This document shows positions 1-16,120 of a stretch of DNA of 64,000 nucleotides, one piece after another. A program made the position numbers and the translations under genes. Each line of letters starts with the position of its first letter. Position 1 is the stretch's first letter. The notes beneath the pieces are model-generated. The model saw nothing but the letters and a program-made list of their open reading frames with translations. It was not told the DNA's origin and ran no database searches. Source of the DNA: the human T2T-CHM13v2.0 reference genome, Homo sapiens; the NCBI RefSeq assembly GCF_009914755.1, contig NC_060926.1. The stretch is one strand, 5' to 3'.

Positions 1-347
1 CTGTACTCACATTGGTATGAAGACATACGTGAGACTGGGTAATTTATAAAGAAAAGAGGTTTGATTGACTCACAGTTCCACATGGCTGGTGAGGCCTCTG
101 GAAACTGACAATCATGGCGGAAGGCAAGGGGGAAGCAAAGTATATCTTACAGGGTGGCAGGTGAGAGAAAAAGTGTGAAGGGGGAACTGCCAAATACATA
201 AAACCATCAGATCTCGTGAGAACTCACCATCAGGAGAACAGCAACCACCCCCAGGATAAAATCACTTCCCACCAGGTCCCTTCCTTGACACGTGAAGATT
301 ACAATTCAAGATGAGATTTGGGTACGGAACAGAGACAAACCATATCA
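1..347 (-). mobile_element. MaLR LTR (MSTA/THE1-like), partial
   Basis: Typical motifs GAGACTGGGTAATTTATAAAGAAAAGAGG, CCATCAGATCTCGTGAGAACTCAC and terminal AAACCATATCA. Confidence 0.8.
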
Positions 348-2866
<2,519 letters not shown>

Positions 2867-4550
2867 TCAAATTATAACCAAGCTTTAAACCTTAAGAAAC
2901 TAGATTGTACTTAATGGTAAATTTTGTGTTGCATGTTTCCACCATAATATTAAAATAAACCAAATGTAAATTCTAAAACTAAAATGTATAATTTGAAAAA
3001 CTGAAAAGGCAATAGCTCACTGGATGGGCTCAATAGTAGAGCAGAGACGAGAGAGAACAGAGTCAGTAAACTTGAGGAGAGATCAATAGAATTTACTCAG
3101 TCTGAACAACAGAGAGAAATACAGTGAAAATCATGAACCTATGACAATAGCAGGAGAGCTAACTTCCATACCATTGGAGATCTAGGAGAAGAAATAAAGC
3201 AAGACACAACAGAGAGTGAAAAACAGTTCTTAAAAAATTACATAGAAAGGCACAGGCTTTAGAATAGCCAGAACAATCTTAAAAGTAAGAGTAAAATGAA
3301 AGGAATCACTCTCCTCAATACTAATGTCTATTATGTAGTTATCATAAACAAAACAATGTGGTATTAGTGGACACGTAGACACATAAATCAATGGAACAGA
3401 GTAGAAAGCTAAGAAGTACACCCACAAAAATATGCCCAGCTCTTTTTTTTGACAAAAGTACTAAAACAGTCCCAAGCGTAAGGAGCTAGAATAATTGGAC
3501 ATCCATAAGCAGGAAAAAATAATGAAACTCAACCAAAACTTTATACAAATAAACTTTATACAAATAAACTTTACATCTTATAAAAATAAAAATTTTCATA
3601 TATATGAAAATCCTTGGGAGCTAGGGCAAGACAAAGAGTTGATAAACTTGGCACTAAAAGCACAGTCCTTAATAGAAAATATTAATAAATTGAACCTTAT
3701 CAAAAGTTAAAACTTTGCTCTGCAAAGACTGTGGGGAAGATGAAAAGACAAGCTACAGATGTAGGGGAAATATTTATAGACCACATATTTGAGAAAGACT
3801 TGTATGGAGATTATCTAACAAACACACAAACTCAGCAACAATAAACAAACAATATGATTAGAAAATGGGCAAAAGACATGGGTACGCATTTCACCAAAGA
3901 AGATATGCAGAGGGTACATAAGTACAAGAAAAAATGTTCAACATCACTGGCCACTAAGGAAATAAAATGACATATCACTACACACTGCTATCAGAATGGC
4001 TAAAATAAAAAATAATAATAAAACAGTGAAAACACCAAAGTCCGGTGAGAATGTGGAAAAGCTGAATCATTTACACAATCACTGGTGGGATTACAAAATG
4101 GTAGAGCCACTCTGAAAAATGTTTATCAGTTTCTTATAAAACTAAACATCCAATTACCACATGTCCCAGAAATTACAATTTTGGGCAGATATCCTAGAGA
4201 AATGAAAATTTATATTTACACAAAATCTTTCTATGCATGTTCATTACAGCTTTAGTTTTAACAGCAAAAGAAGGTAAACAACTCAGATGTTCTTCAATAG
4301 GTAAAAGGTTAAAAAACCTATGGGACATCCATACCATGAAATGCTACTCAGCAATAACAGGAAACACACTATTCATCTCCAGAAAATTATACTAAGTAGA
4401 AAAAGCCAATCCTCAAAGGCCACCTATGTATCATTTTATTTTTATAACAAGTTTGAAATGACAACATTATGGACATAGGAAACAGAATCACGTTGCCAAT
4501 GGTGGGATAGTGGGATGAGGAGGGAGCGGGTTTAGCTATAAAAGAATAAC

Positions 4551-4591
4551 ATCAGAGGAGATTGGGCATGTTCAGGGTGGTATGTCCCGTA
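4551..4591 (-). pseudogene. 5S rRNA 5'-fragment retrocopy (about nt 4-43), antisense, fused to an Alu
   Basis: ATCAGAGGAGATTGGGCATGTTCAGGGTGGTATGTCCCGTA matches the reverse complement of the 5S 5' end (ATCAGACGAGATCGGGCGCGTTCAGGGTGGTATGGCCGTA); most differences are at CpG sites. Confidence 0.85.
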
Positions 4592-4821
4592 ATCCCAGCA
4601 CTCTGGGAGGCCAAAGCGGGTGGATCATCTGAGATCAGGAGCTCGAGACTAGCCTGGCCAATATGGTTTAACTCTGTCTCTACTAAAAATAGAAAAATCA
4701 TCCGGGCGTGGTGTCATGCACCTGTAATCTCCGCAGTAATCCCAGCTACTCGGGAGGCTGAGGCAGGAGAATCACTTGAACCTGGGAGGTTGCAGTGAGT
4801 CAAGATTATGGGGGAAAAAAA
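4587..4821 (+). mobile_element. AluS, truncated at both ends, part of a 5S-Alu chimera
   Basis: Begins at ..GTAATCCCAGCACT and stops after GTGAGTCAAGAT; short A tail; shared TSD AAAAGAATAACAT at 4540-4552 and 4818-4830. Confidence 0.85.
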
Positions 4822-5037
4822 GAATAACATGAGTGATCCTTGCCATGATAGAATGTTCTGGTTGTGATGTTTTACTATAATTGTGCAAGATATTTGCATA
4901 AGAAATAAAGGGGGCAGAGGTTCTCTTATTTCTTCCAACTTTATGTGAATCAGTAATCTCAAAGGAAAGTTTTAAATAAAAAAGGAAAGCTTACATTAAT
5001 GGGTCCCACATTTTTAAAATTATGGTAAAAGATATGT

Positions 5038-5951
5038 AACCTACAAAATGGGAGAAAATAAGTAAGTGTTGAAAGCATATGAACAGACACTTCTCAAAAG
5101 AAGACATTTATGCAGCCAAAAAACACATGAAAAAATGCTCACCATCACTGGCCATCAGAGAAATGCAAATCAAAACCACAATGAGATACCATCTCACACC
5201 AGTTAGAATGGCAATCATTAAAAAGTCAGGAAACAACAGGTGCTGGAGAGGATGTGGAGAAATAGGAACACTTTTACACTGTTGGTGGGACTGTAAACTA
5301 GTTCAACCGTTGTGGAAGTCAGTGTGGCGATTCCTCAGGGATCTAGAACTGGAAATACCATTTGACCCAGCCATCCCATTACTGGGTATATACCCAAAGG
5401 ACTGTAAATCATGCTGCTATAAAGACACATGCACATGTATGTTTATTGCGGCATTATTCACAATAGCAAAGACTTGGAACCAACCCAAATGTCCATCAAT
5501 GATATACTGGATTAAGAAAATGTGGCACATATACACCATGGAATACTATGCAGCCATAAAAAATGATGAGTTCATGTCCTTTGTAGGGACATGGATGAAA
5601 TTGGAAACCATCATTCTCAGTAAACTATCGCAAGAACAAAAAACCAAACACCGCATATTCTCACTCATAGGTGGGAATTGAACAATGAGATCACATGGAC
5701 ACAGGAAGGGGAATATCACACTCTGGGGACTGTTGTGGGGTGGGGGGAGGGGGGAGGGATAGCATCGGGAGATATACCTAATGCTAGATGACGAGTTAGT
5801 GGGTGCAGTGCACCAGCATGGCACATGTATACATATGTAACTAACCTGCACAATATGCACATGTACCCTAAAACTTAAAGTATAATTAAAAAAATAAAAA
5901 TAAAAAAATAAAAAGTAAAAGCACAACTATATGCAGAAAAAATAAAATAAA
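5038..5951 (+). mobile_element. 5'-truncated young L1 (L1PA2/PA3-like 3' UTR) with ORF2 C-terminal remnant
   Basis: ORF 5079..5681 is the ORF2p C-terminus ([18 protein letters not shown]...SLIGGN). The 3' UTR has GATGACGAGTTAGTGGG and CTTAAAGTATAAT, followed by two A-rich tails. Confidence 0.93.
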
Positions 5952-6330
5952 ATAAAATGTATCATTTTCCCATTTTTAAGTGTATGACTCAGTGGCATTA
6001 AGTACATTCACGTTGCTGTGCGACAATCACACCCTCCATCTCCAGAACTCTTTCATCATCCCAAACTAAAACTGTCCTCATTAAACAACACTCTCAATTT
6101 CCCCCACCTCCCAGCCCCTGGAACCAACACTTCACTTTCTATTTCTATGAATCTGACTACTCTAGGCATCTCATGTAAGTGGAATATACAATATTTGTCC
6201 TTTTGTGACGGGCTTACTCCACTTAGCACAATGTCCACAAGGTCCATCCATGTTGTAGCATGTGTCAGCATTTCCTTCCTTTTTTACTTTGGAATATTAT
6301 TCTATTGTATGTTTATCCATAATAGGTCCT
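5952..6330 (-). mobile_element. L1MB-like 3' end (its extreme end is at ~5010-5040, split off by the L1PA insertion)
   Basis: ORF 6056..6271(-) THATTWMDLVDIVLS..SQKDKYC resembles the ORF2 C-terminus; the flanks TGGTAAAAGATATGTAAC | ATAAAATGTATCATT join as in L1MB ends. Confidence 0.75.
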
Positions 6331-6701
6331 ATGTGTTTGAGTGTTTAAGTCTTCATCCCAAAAAACAGCTTTAAAAACTGATTCATAAACAGTGCAATTT
6401 ACCCTGGTAGGAAGAGATGAAATACTGTCAGACACCAGAGAGGGGCAATAACTCACTGGCTTTAGTTTATTTGCTTTCTGGTAGATCCCCAGAAACTGCC
6501 TGAAAAGCATGAAAGCCAGTGCCTAACATGCCAGCAGGTGCTTGGAAGCCTGAAAGAAATAGGCAGTAAGTAGAAAACCCAGGAGCCATGAGAGTCAAAT
6601 AAAACAGGGGCTCAGGGTTCCAAACGGAAGCTCAAGTTTAGCAGCCAAATAAAAGTATCAGATATCTGGCAGTGACATAAATACTGCAAACTTAGTCTTA
6701 T

Positions 6702-7030
6702 GGCCGGGCGCGGTGGCTCACACCTGTAATTCCAGCACTTTGGGAGGCTGAGGTGGGCAGATCACGAGGTCAGGAGTTCAAGACCAGCCTGGCCAACATG
6801 GTGAAACCCTGTCTCTACTAAAAATACAAAAATTAGCTGGGCATGATGGCACGTTCCTGTAATCCCCAGCTACTCAGGAGGTTGAGGCAGGAGAATTGCT
6901 TGAACCAGGATCTGGGAAGCAGTGGTTGCAATGAGCCAAGATCGCGCCACTGCACTCCAGCCTGGGCTACAGAGTGAGACTCCGTCTCAAAAAAAGTAAA
7001 AAATAAAAATAAATAAATAAATAAATAAAA
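6702..7030 (+). mobile_element. AluS
   Basis: Full dimer with (TAAA)n tail. Confidence 0.9.
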
Positions 7031-7271
7031 CACCAGCAAGAAAAATTAAAATGATGCATAAAATATAGAACTAAATACAAAAATTCCATATTAATTCTAG
7101 CTCTTCACAAGCAGAAGGGAAGATTGCAGAAAAATGGTCTGTGATATAAAGATTAACATGATGTTCAGGAAGAGAAACTTCAATACCTGCTGATGACTTT
7201 TTATGTAGCAACCAGGGGTACTGTGAAGCTTCCTCAGGCCTGGAGTAAGCATTGTTTAATAAGCAAAAGTC

Positions 7272-7560
7272 GGCCAAGCCCAGTGGTTCCACCTGTAATC
7301 CCAGCACTTTGGGAGGCTGAGGCAGGTGGATCACTTGAGGTCAGGAGTTTCAGACCAGCCTGGCCAACATGGGGAAACACCATTTCTATTGAAAATACAA
7401 AAATTAGCTGGGCATGGTGGTGCTTGCCTGTAATCTCAGCTACTTGGGAGGCTGAGGCATGAGAATCACTTGAACCCAGGAGACAGTGAGCTGAGATTGC
7501 ACCACTGCACTCCAGCCTGAGCAACAGAACAGACTCTGTCTCAGAAAAAACTACAAAACT
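7272..7560 (+). mobile_element. Alu (S/J)
   Basis: Dimer with a short deletion in the right arm; degenerate TSD AAGCAAAAGT / AACTAAAAGT. Confidence 0.85.
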
Positions 7561-9951
7561 AAAAGTGGCTTCCTGTGGCTGACTCTTCACACATTAGACC
7601 TCATTTGATCCTTTTTTAAAACACAATTATGTCAATTTCCTTCCCATTTTAAAAATGGGACATTCAGACATAGAAAATTGAATAACTTGTTAAGAGTTGT
7701 TATCTGACATTTTCTTAGCGTTAAAATGTAACCATGATTAGGAGATCCAAGAATATAAAATCCTAGTTTAGCCCACAATTCCACCTCATGGTGAGTTCCT
7801 GAGGGAAATGTATGTGTCCAAAAAGGATAACAGGCAGGAAGCAAAGGCATCAGAGGGCCCTGGCCCTGTCCCTCAGTGCAGGGGATCCTCCAGCCCATGA
7901 GGGAGGCAGGACATCAGGGCCACTCCTCACAAGCCTTAAACAGCACCCACACAACTGGGCCCTACCCTGAATATAGGAATCTAATAAATGTCCTGAGCAG
8001 GCAGAAGTCGAATTACAGGAGAGTTCAGGGATGTGTACAAATAAGGAAAAAAAAAATGGCTTGGCCTCCTTCCAGTGAGGAAAATAATCTGGGTCAGCTT
8101 TGGCCTTGACCTCCTGGGTGGCAGAAGACAAAGGATGAGCATGGACAATGTGGTGGAATCCTCAACAAATGGGGACTGTACCCATGGTTAACTGAAGCCC
8201 AAACAGTGTCCTAGCATCATTGCAAGCATCAGGCTTCCCAGGTGATGAGGCTAGTGAGAGAGATGGGGAGGATGAAGGAAGCTGGTAGGCAGTGTTCCCT
8301 CCCTGGACCTTGAAGACATGGATGCATGATGAAGACATCATAGGCGCTGGCGGGCTGGCCTCAGCTGGGGGACAGCAAAGCCCACACACCAAGCATCTCT
8401 GTCAGTTTCAGTCTTTTTGAGTTAACTCCTTCAGGCCCTGGACAGTGGCCAGGAGCAAGATCTCAGGAGTTACAGATGGAAACCCTCCTTGGCTTTATGC
8501 GAGACAGAGAGGGCGTAATGTATCTCCTTGGCCCAGGAGCCTACTTTCTATGGATCATTAAAGGGATCTATTTGGGCTAAGGGCAAGTCTCACCCTTCAT
8601 ACACCTGACCTGCTCAGCCTGCAGGTGGGCTTGTGAGATGGACCAAGATCTGACCATGCATAGGGAATGGGAGTGGGCTGCCAGGGAAGGAGGCAGCACA
8701 GAGGCCTTCTCCCTCCTGGAGTAAAACAGTCTAAACCCTAGTAACATCATCCATGGCTCAGGGGGAGGGCATGGCCCCTAGGTCCAGAACACTTGCAACA
8801 TGTTATGGCTTTCATGGAAAGGTAGTAGAGTGAGCTGTGATTCTTAATGCACCTCTACTGTGAATAGTGTTTGGTGGTCATGAATTTTAAGAAGCAATCC
8901 ATAGGGCTTCATTGAAGAAAAGATGCTCTGATGATATTTTCCATCTAAAACCCCAATGCCCCAGACCTGAAAGTAGCTATACATGAGTGGCTCTTCACAC
9001 ATTTTATCTTCTTACTTTTTATAAAAACCCAGTGAAAATAGCATTATCTCATCTTTAAAATGAGGAAATCAGGATTACAGTGTGAGGCTGACGTTAGTTG
9101 GCCCACTCAGAAAGGCAGGCTGGACCATTTGCTCCCAGCTGGCAGACCAGAAGCAGAGCTCACACTCCCTTCTCCTCGGTGGAAGGAGTTTGTGATCAGT
9201 TGCTACGGGAGAAGGAAAGAAAAGATGCTGCCATGGCTTTGCTTGTCTAGAACCCTGAGGTTCCCAAGGGAAGTATTTATGCACCATTTCACTTTATCCT
9301 CACAAGAGGATAGCCTCACCTGTAAGATAACTGAGTATATGTTGTTTCTAGTTTAACAGCTAATTACATTGGGGCATAGGGAACTTCAGTAACTTCCTGA
9401 AGGCTGGTTTCCTGTGGAGCATGTAGAAGTAGAATCTCCAGCTGGGCATGACCACCATGGTAGCACCTCAAGCTGCAGGGGCAGAAGGAGGCACAGGCTA
9501 TGAAAACTCATCACCATTAAAGAGAGCACAGGGCCACTGAGTTAACAAAGCAACATTCTAAGAACAAAGCTAGATAAGTGGGAAAGGACTTTGTTAAATC
9601 TGCTAGAGTAGTTTGTCATGCAGACCGCCAAGTGCCTTCATTCAGCAGGTTGAGATCAGCCAGCTTGAGGACCACTGGCACCCACCCTCATTGCAACTTT
9701 CCCCAAAGGCAAAGACCGAGACTTCTTTTCTGTACTCACAGAATTGATATTACTGATTACTATTTAAGAGTTTGATGTTCAATAAATATTGAACAATATC
9801 AATAATTATAAACCTAATTCACACAGGTGTAGAAGTATGAATACTAGCACAAGAATATTTGTTGTTATTGAAACTTGGTATCTTGTCTGAGTAATGGTAA
9901 GATGTGCTGAAGGCTGCATAAAATTCAAAGTTAAGAAGTATAACTGGGTTT

Positions 9952-10126
9952 ATTAGCCAGGCTTGGTGGCAGGTGCCTATAGTCCCAGCTACTCAGAAGG
10001 CTGAGGCAGGAGAATGACGTGAACCTGGGAGGCGGAGGTTGCAGTGAGCCAAGATCATGCCACTGCTACCACTGCACTCCAGCCTGGGCAACAGAGCGAG
10101 ACTCCATCTCAAAAAAAAAAAAAAAA
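9952..10126 (+). mobile_element. 5'-truncated Alu (right arm, AluY-like)
   Basis: Right arm only; TSD AAGTATAACTGGGTTT / AAGTATGACTGGGTTT. Confidence 0.88.
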
Positions 10127-12365
10127 GTATGACTGGGTTTAAAGAGTTACGCAACATCTTAAAAAAATAGCAACACTCTCCCAAACAGTTTCCAATGACA
10201 TCTATACAAACAAAGAATAAGAAAAAAATTTTCTCACCTTATCCTCTGTGTTCTTTCATAATACACTTTTATTTTGAGCTTAGCTAATGCAAATCAGAAA
10301 TTCACTGTTGAAAATCCCACAACGAATACCCTTTATAAAATACCACATTGACTTAGGTAGAATCCTCTTGGCCCCATCTCCTCTCATCAGACTGAGGCTA
10401 TTAAAAGTTGTTCAGACTGACCTCTTACAAAGACAGCAATTTCTAGGGAAGAAACTCCCTGTGACAATTCATGTCTTTGCACATTTCTGGGAGATGTCAT
10501 TTTCTCAGGCAAGAAAAAGGTATTCTGTCATCTAACATGAGCTTCCTATCTGAGAAGTGATTTAACAGCATTTCTTTCAAATCTACTAATAGCGGCTGCT
10601 CCCCATGCACATTTTATTATAAATACTTGAATTACAGACAGATACTGAAAGGACATGATTTTCTTGCTTCTTTTTACCAGAATGATTAGTACAGTAAAAG
10701 GTCTGGAATTAAGTGGACGTCTACAGGGTTACTGCAGGTTAATTTCTACCCCTCTGAAAATTGTTTGAATTTGCTTTGATTTCAGCACTTCCTTTAGAGA
10801 GAATTTCCTGGATGTAAGCATCTGCGGACATAGCATGGTCTACATATTTGCAAGTGTCATAATTTTGTCTGCTTGTGAACTCTGCCTATCACTTATACCT
10901 GCCCCCACTTTGACTCTCACCTGCACTGAAGTTAATGGTTAATGATAAACACAGTTCAATTCCTTAATTGTGTTAATTTTTAATTATATATGTATAACAA
11001 ACAACTCTAACCTACACAAATGAAATCTGCATTCTGAAAGTGGAAATATTTGTGTAACAAAGGATAATGAATGAGTAAGCAAAGTGTGAGCTTGCTGGCC
11101 TTGGCCCGTGGTTATTATCACCCCAGCTAGGATTCCCAGTAACCCATCAAACTGCAAGCTGGTGTTGATCAAAGGGATGAATCAGACAGCTGTCTCCATC
11201 TTCACCTGGCTCCCGCTGCTGCCAGCCCCACAGCTGCCTTCTTTGTCAATTCTTTCTGTGAGAGAGGCAGGTACCAAACACAGTGGTATCATTGGCCTTG
11301 TCAGAGTAGTAAGAATGTGATATGATAGTTTCTGCCTGGAGACAGGAAAACCAAGAGGGTAAAGATCAGATCTTAGGATCAGTCTGTTTATATAGAAACA
11401 GATTAAATAATTTAGCTAAAGACACCGCTATTACTAAATCTCAGAGGAATCCCAAAAAGCAAGCTCTCTTCCTCTTTACAATTTTATCCTCAATTATGCC
11501 TAGGCTTGGATAGTATCTGATTCATTTCTCATAATGTTATTTATTTTTATTTCTTGTTATTTTAAAATATACTTGTTTTATATTTGACGTTCATATTATT
11601 TTTATTATCGAAAGCCCCTGGGGTGACCTGTTGTTTGTTGTTTGTGTTCATTCTTGCTCATTGTGGCCTGTATCCTCATCTGTTTCATAATTTTGGATTG
11701 TGAGCACATGTTCAGTAGGGTTGTAAAATGGGAATATATACCACCTGGCTCCAAATACATTGTGCATTTGCTTGTGTAAACATCTCAGTGGGGTTTTCAG
11801 CCTTTTATGTTACTTTTACATTTGGAGGGTTTGGGATCATTAAAACAATGTAAATTCAAACTTTTAATCCATCTCTATGGAAGACTTGTGAATCCAAATT
11901 TTCTGGGAGGTTATTGATTTTTTTTTCCCCCACCAAGCTTACCATGATAGGTAAGCTTCCACATTCTCTCCCTTTATCAATGCACAGTTTCTTTTTATTT
12001 AAGGCTTCCTTTGAGGGTTATCCCTTCCCTCACTTCTGGTTCTAATCTTTCATCTTGATTGGGTACATGATTTACCTTTTTATGTTCCTTAAATGTGTGC
12101 ATCTTGGCTTGGAAGAATTCCCAGAGCAGCTGTTGTTTGGTGCCCACTGACCACTGTTGTTTGTAATTTTCTCTTTGCTTTTGGCCCTTGGGAATTTCCC
12201 TTACTTTCTTACAAGCTTAAGTCTGGATTTAAAAGTGTATTTGTTACATTTTACCTGACATTTCTAGGTGTCAGTAGCAAAAAGGTTTCAGATCACCTAA
12301 TGGGCCAACTTGCTGTATACAGTAGCCCTACCATCTCTGACCTCACTACCCTCACCCACCCCATC

Positions 12366-12366
<1 letters not shown>

Positions 12367-12406
<40 letters not shown>
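12367..12406. repeat. (AC)n microsatellite
   Basis: About 20 perfect AC units. Confidence 0.95.
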
Positions 12407-12408
<2 letters not shown>

Positions 12409-12737
12409 CCCCTACTGCCTCATTTTTACTCAGTGATTTCTGATGGTAAAGTATCCCAGACATAATTCTCATTTATTCAATGACCGACCAGACAGTTCCT
12501 TTTTCTGTATCCACTCCCATTTTATAGCTCATTTGTACCTCCCCTGGTGAAGAGCAGGGGAGAGAATTAGATAAGCATTGACAAGTTCCATTTTAACAGG
12601 ACTAGTAAAAGGTTTCACAGTAGCAAAACTCTAACAGGAGCTTTCTGAGCTCTCTGAAGATCAAGTCATCTGTTTTCCTATTTTTATCTATGAATTATTT
12701 AGAACTCACTAAGTTTCAAGTTTAGATAAGCCTCTCA

Positions 12738-12780
12738 GTGTGTGTGTGTGTGTGTGTCTGTGTCTGTGTCTGTGTGTGTC
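12738..12780. repeat. (GT)n/(GTGTCT)n compound microsatellite
   Basis: Seen directly in the sequence. Confidence 0.9.
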
Positions 12781-13053
12781 TATGTACATTTTGTTCACTG
12801 CACCTGTCCAAGGGGGAAAAAAATTCTCATTACCAGACCCATGAGAATAGCAGCAGATTATCTTTGCTTTTTTATGCATTGAAGAGAGGGAGAGCAATTT
12901 TTATCTCTGGATTGTACAGACATGCCTGGCCTTTAGGAGACTTGTAGAAACAAGGGAATTTCTTTGTACTCTATTTCTAAAGCAACTCGGGGGAAAATGG
13001 CAGGCAGGGCACATGTCATGTGCTTGCACTGAGAACAGATCATTAAAAGATGA

Positions 13054-13552
<499 letters not shown>

Positions 13553-13858
13553 GATAGACTCTTTAATGCGTTTCCATTCCACTTCATCCTAGTTCTCATG
13601 TCTCTCTTCTGAATCAATGTCAGAGGAGGAACCAAGGCCCAGAGAAGTTAAGCAGTCTGCCCAAGGTTACAGCGACAATAAATGGTGGGACAGTCATTGT
13701 TCAACATAATTCTTTCTAGTCTTGAAACACCTTTTGGAGTCTTATTTTTATGTTTTGTTTTGTTTTCTAAATATCCTAATATCCTGTTATTTCTAAAACA
13801 ATGGTTCTCAAACTTCAGCATGCATGCTCGAGGTTTTCATTCATGTAAACTGATAAAT

Positions 13859-13905
13859 TGTTTTGTTTTGTTTTGTTTTGTTTTGTTTTGTTTTGTTTTG
13901 TTTTT
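13859..13905. repeat. (TGTTT)n pentanucleotide repeat
   Basis: About 9 units. Confidence 0.9.
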
Positions 13906-15049
13906 AACCATAGGAAACCCAGGGGATTTTAACGCAGATGTATCCATGGAACAGTCTTTGAGATACACTACATTTGTACATTCAAAAAAATAATAAAATA
14001 AAAATAAATTTTCATTGACAAATATCAATAAATTAGCCAGAGCACTTCTTGTCTCAAAATAATCATAAAATGTCACAAACAGTTCAATAAATGGTGATTA
14101 AAGTAGAAACAAATATGTTTCTTCATCTTGAACAACCAGCTGAGTTTTGATGAGGAACAAATTTCAGTTTTCTTCTCAGTAGTAGCTTGAAGTCTGTACC
14201 CATGAGGGTATTTCTGCCATAATTGCTAATATCTAATGTAATTACACACTTAGTAATATATTATAGAGATCCCCTTGGCTTGGCAAGGAGTCAGGAATGG
14301 GATTGTTCTTCTTATGAAAATTCCAAGCAGCTTGATCATAAGTAACCTCTACTTGCTTTTCAGGAAAACAATTATATTTGCTATGTGCCTAAAATGAGTT
14401 GAAGTTGTAGATACTAAAACCAGTGATCATTAACGGATCACGCAATATGCACCAGGAAGTATATTATATATGCTATCCCATTTCATCTTCACCACAGGAC
14501 AAGTAGCAGCATTCCTGTTTCATAGATGATGACAGCGAACACTTGCAAAGCCCTCATGTTCCAGGTCTTACTCAAAATGCTTTGTATGTACTAAGTCTTT
14601 TATCCCTCACAAAACCCCCATGGCAGATGGGGAGAGAGGTATTCTATTAACATTACCATCTCCATCTTTGCAGAAGAGAAACCAAGGCCCAGGGCGGTTA
14701 AGCAACTTGTTCAAGATTACTGAGATAACGCGTGGTGACACAGGCATTCAAACACAGTCTGCCCAGCTCTGGATTCTCTCTCTAACTGGAGAGCTGCTCA
14801 GTTAGAAAGAGGAGTGTTGTTCTCAAACCAAAGAGTGCAGCTGGACCACCTGGAGGGTTTGTGAAAGCACAAAGTGCCAGGCCCAGGCCCACAGTTTCTG
14901 ATGTAGGAACTCTGGCTGGCACTCAGATTTTGTTTCTAATCAGTTCCCAGGCAGCTTAGATGCCACTCCTCCAGCAATCCCACTTTGGGAACCATTGCCC
15001 TAGAGTACAGGGCTTATCAGATTTTTTTGATGTTTTTTGAATTCTAGTC

Positions 15050-16120
<1,071 letters not shown>

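Larger units (their letters stand above)
2950..4980 (+). mobile_element. Old L1M (L1MC/MD/ME-like) fragments
   Basis: A-rich decayed ORF1/ORF2/3' UTR similarity, e.g. AGAAAATGGGCAAAAGACATG and ATGTTCAACATCACTGGCCA. Confidence 0.65.

Noticed and set aside
3537-3577. 15-bp tandem AACTTTATACAAATA (x2.5), and similar micro-duplications such as ATAGATTCAGA x2 near 31881
   Set aside because: Ordinary slippage duplications with no sign of function.
5079-5681. 200-aa ORF as a functional gene
   Set aside because: C-terminal fragment of L1 ORF2p in a 5'-truncated element with no promoter.
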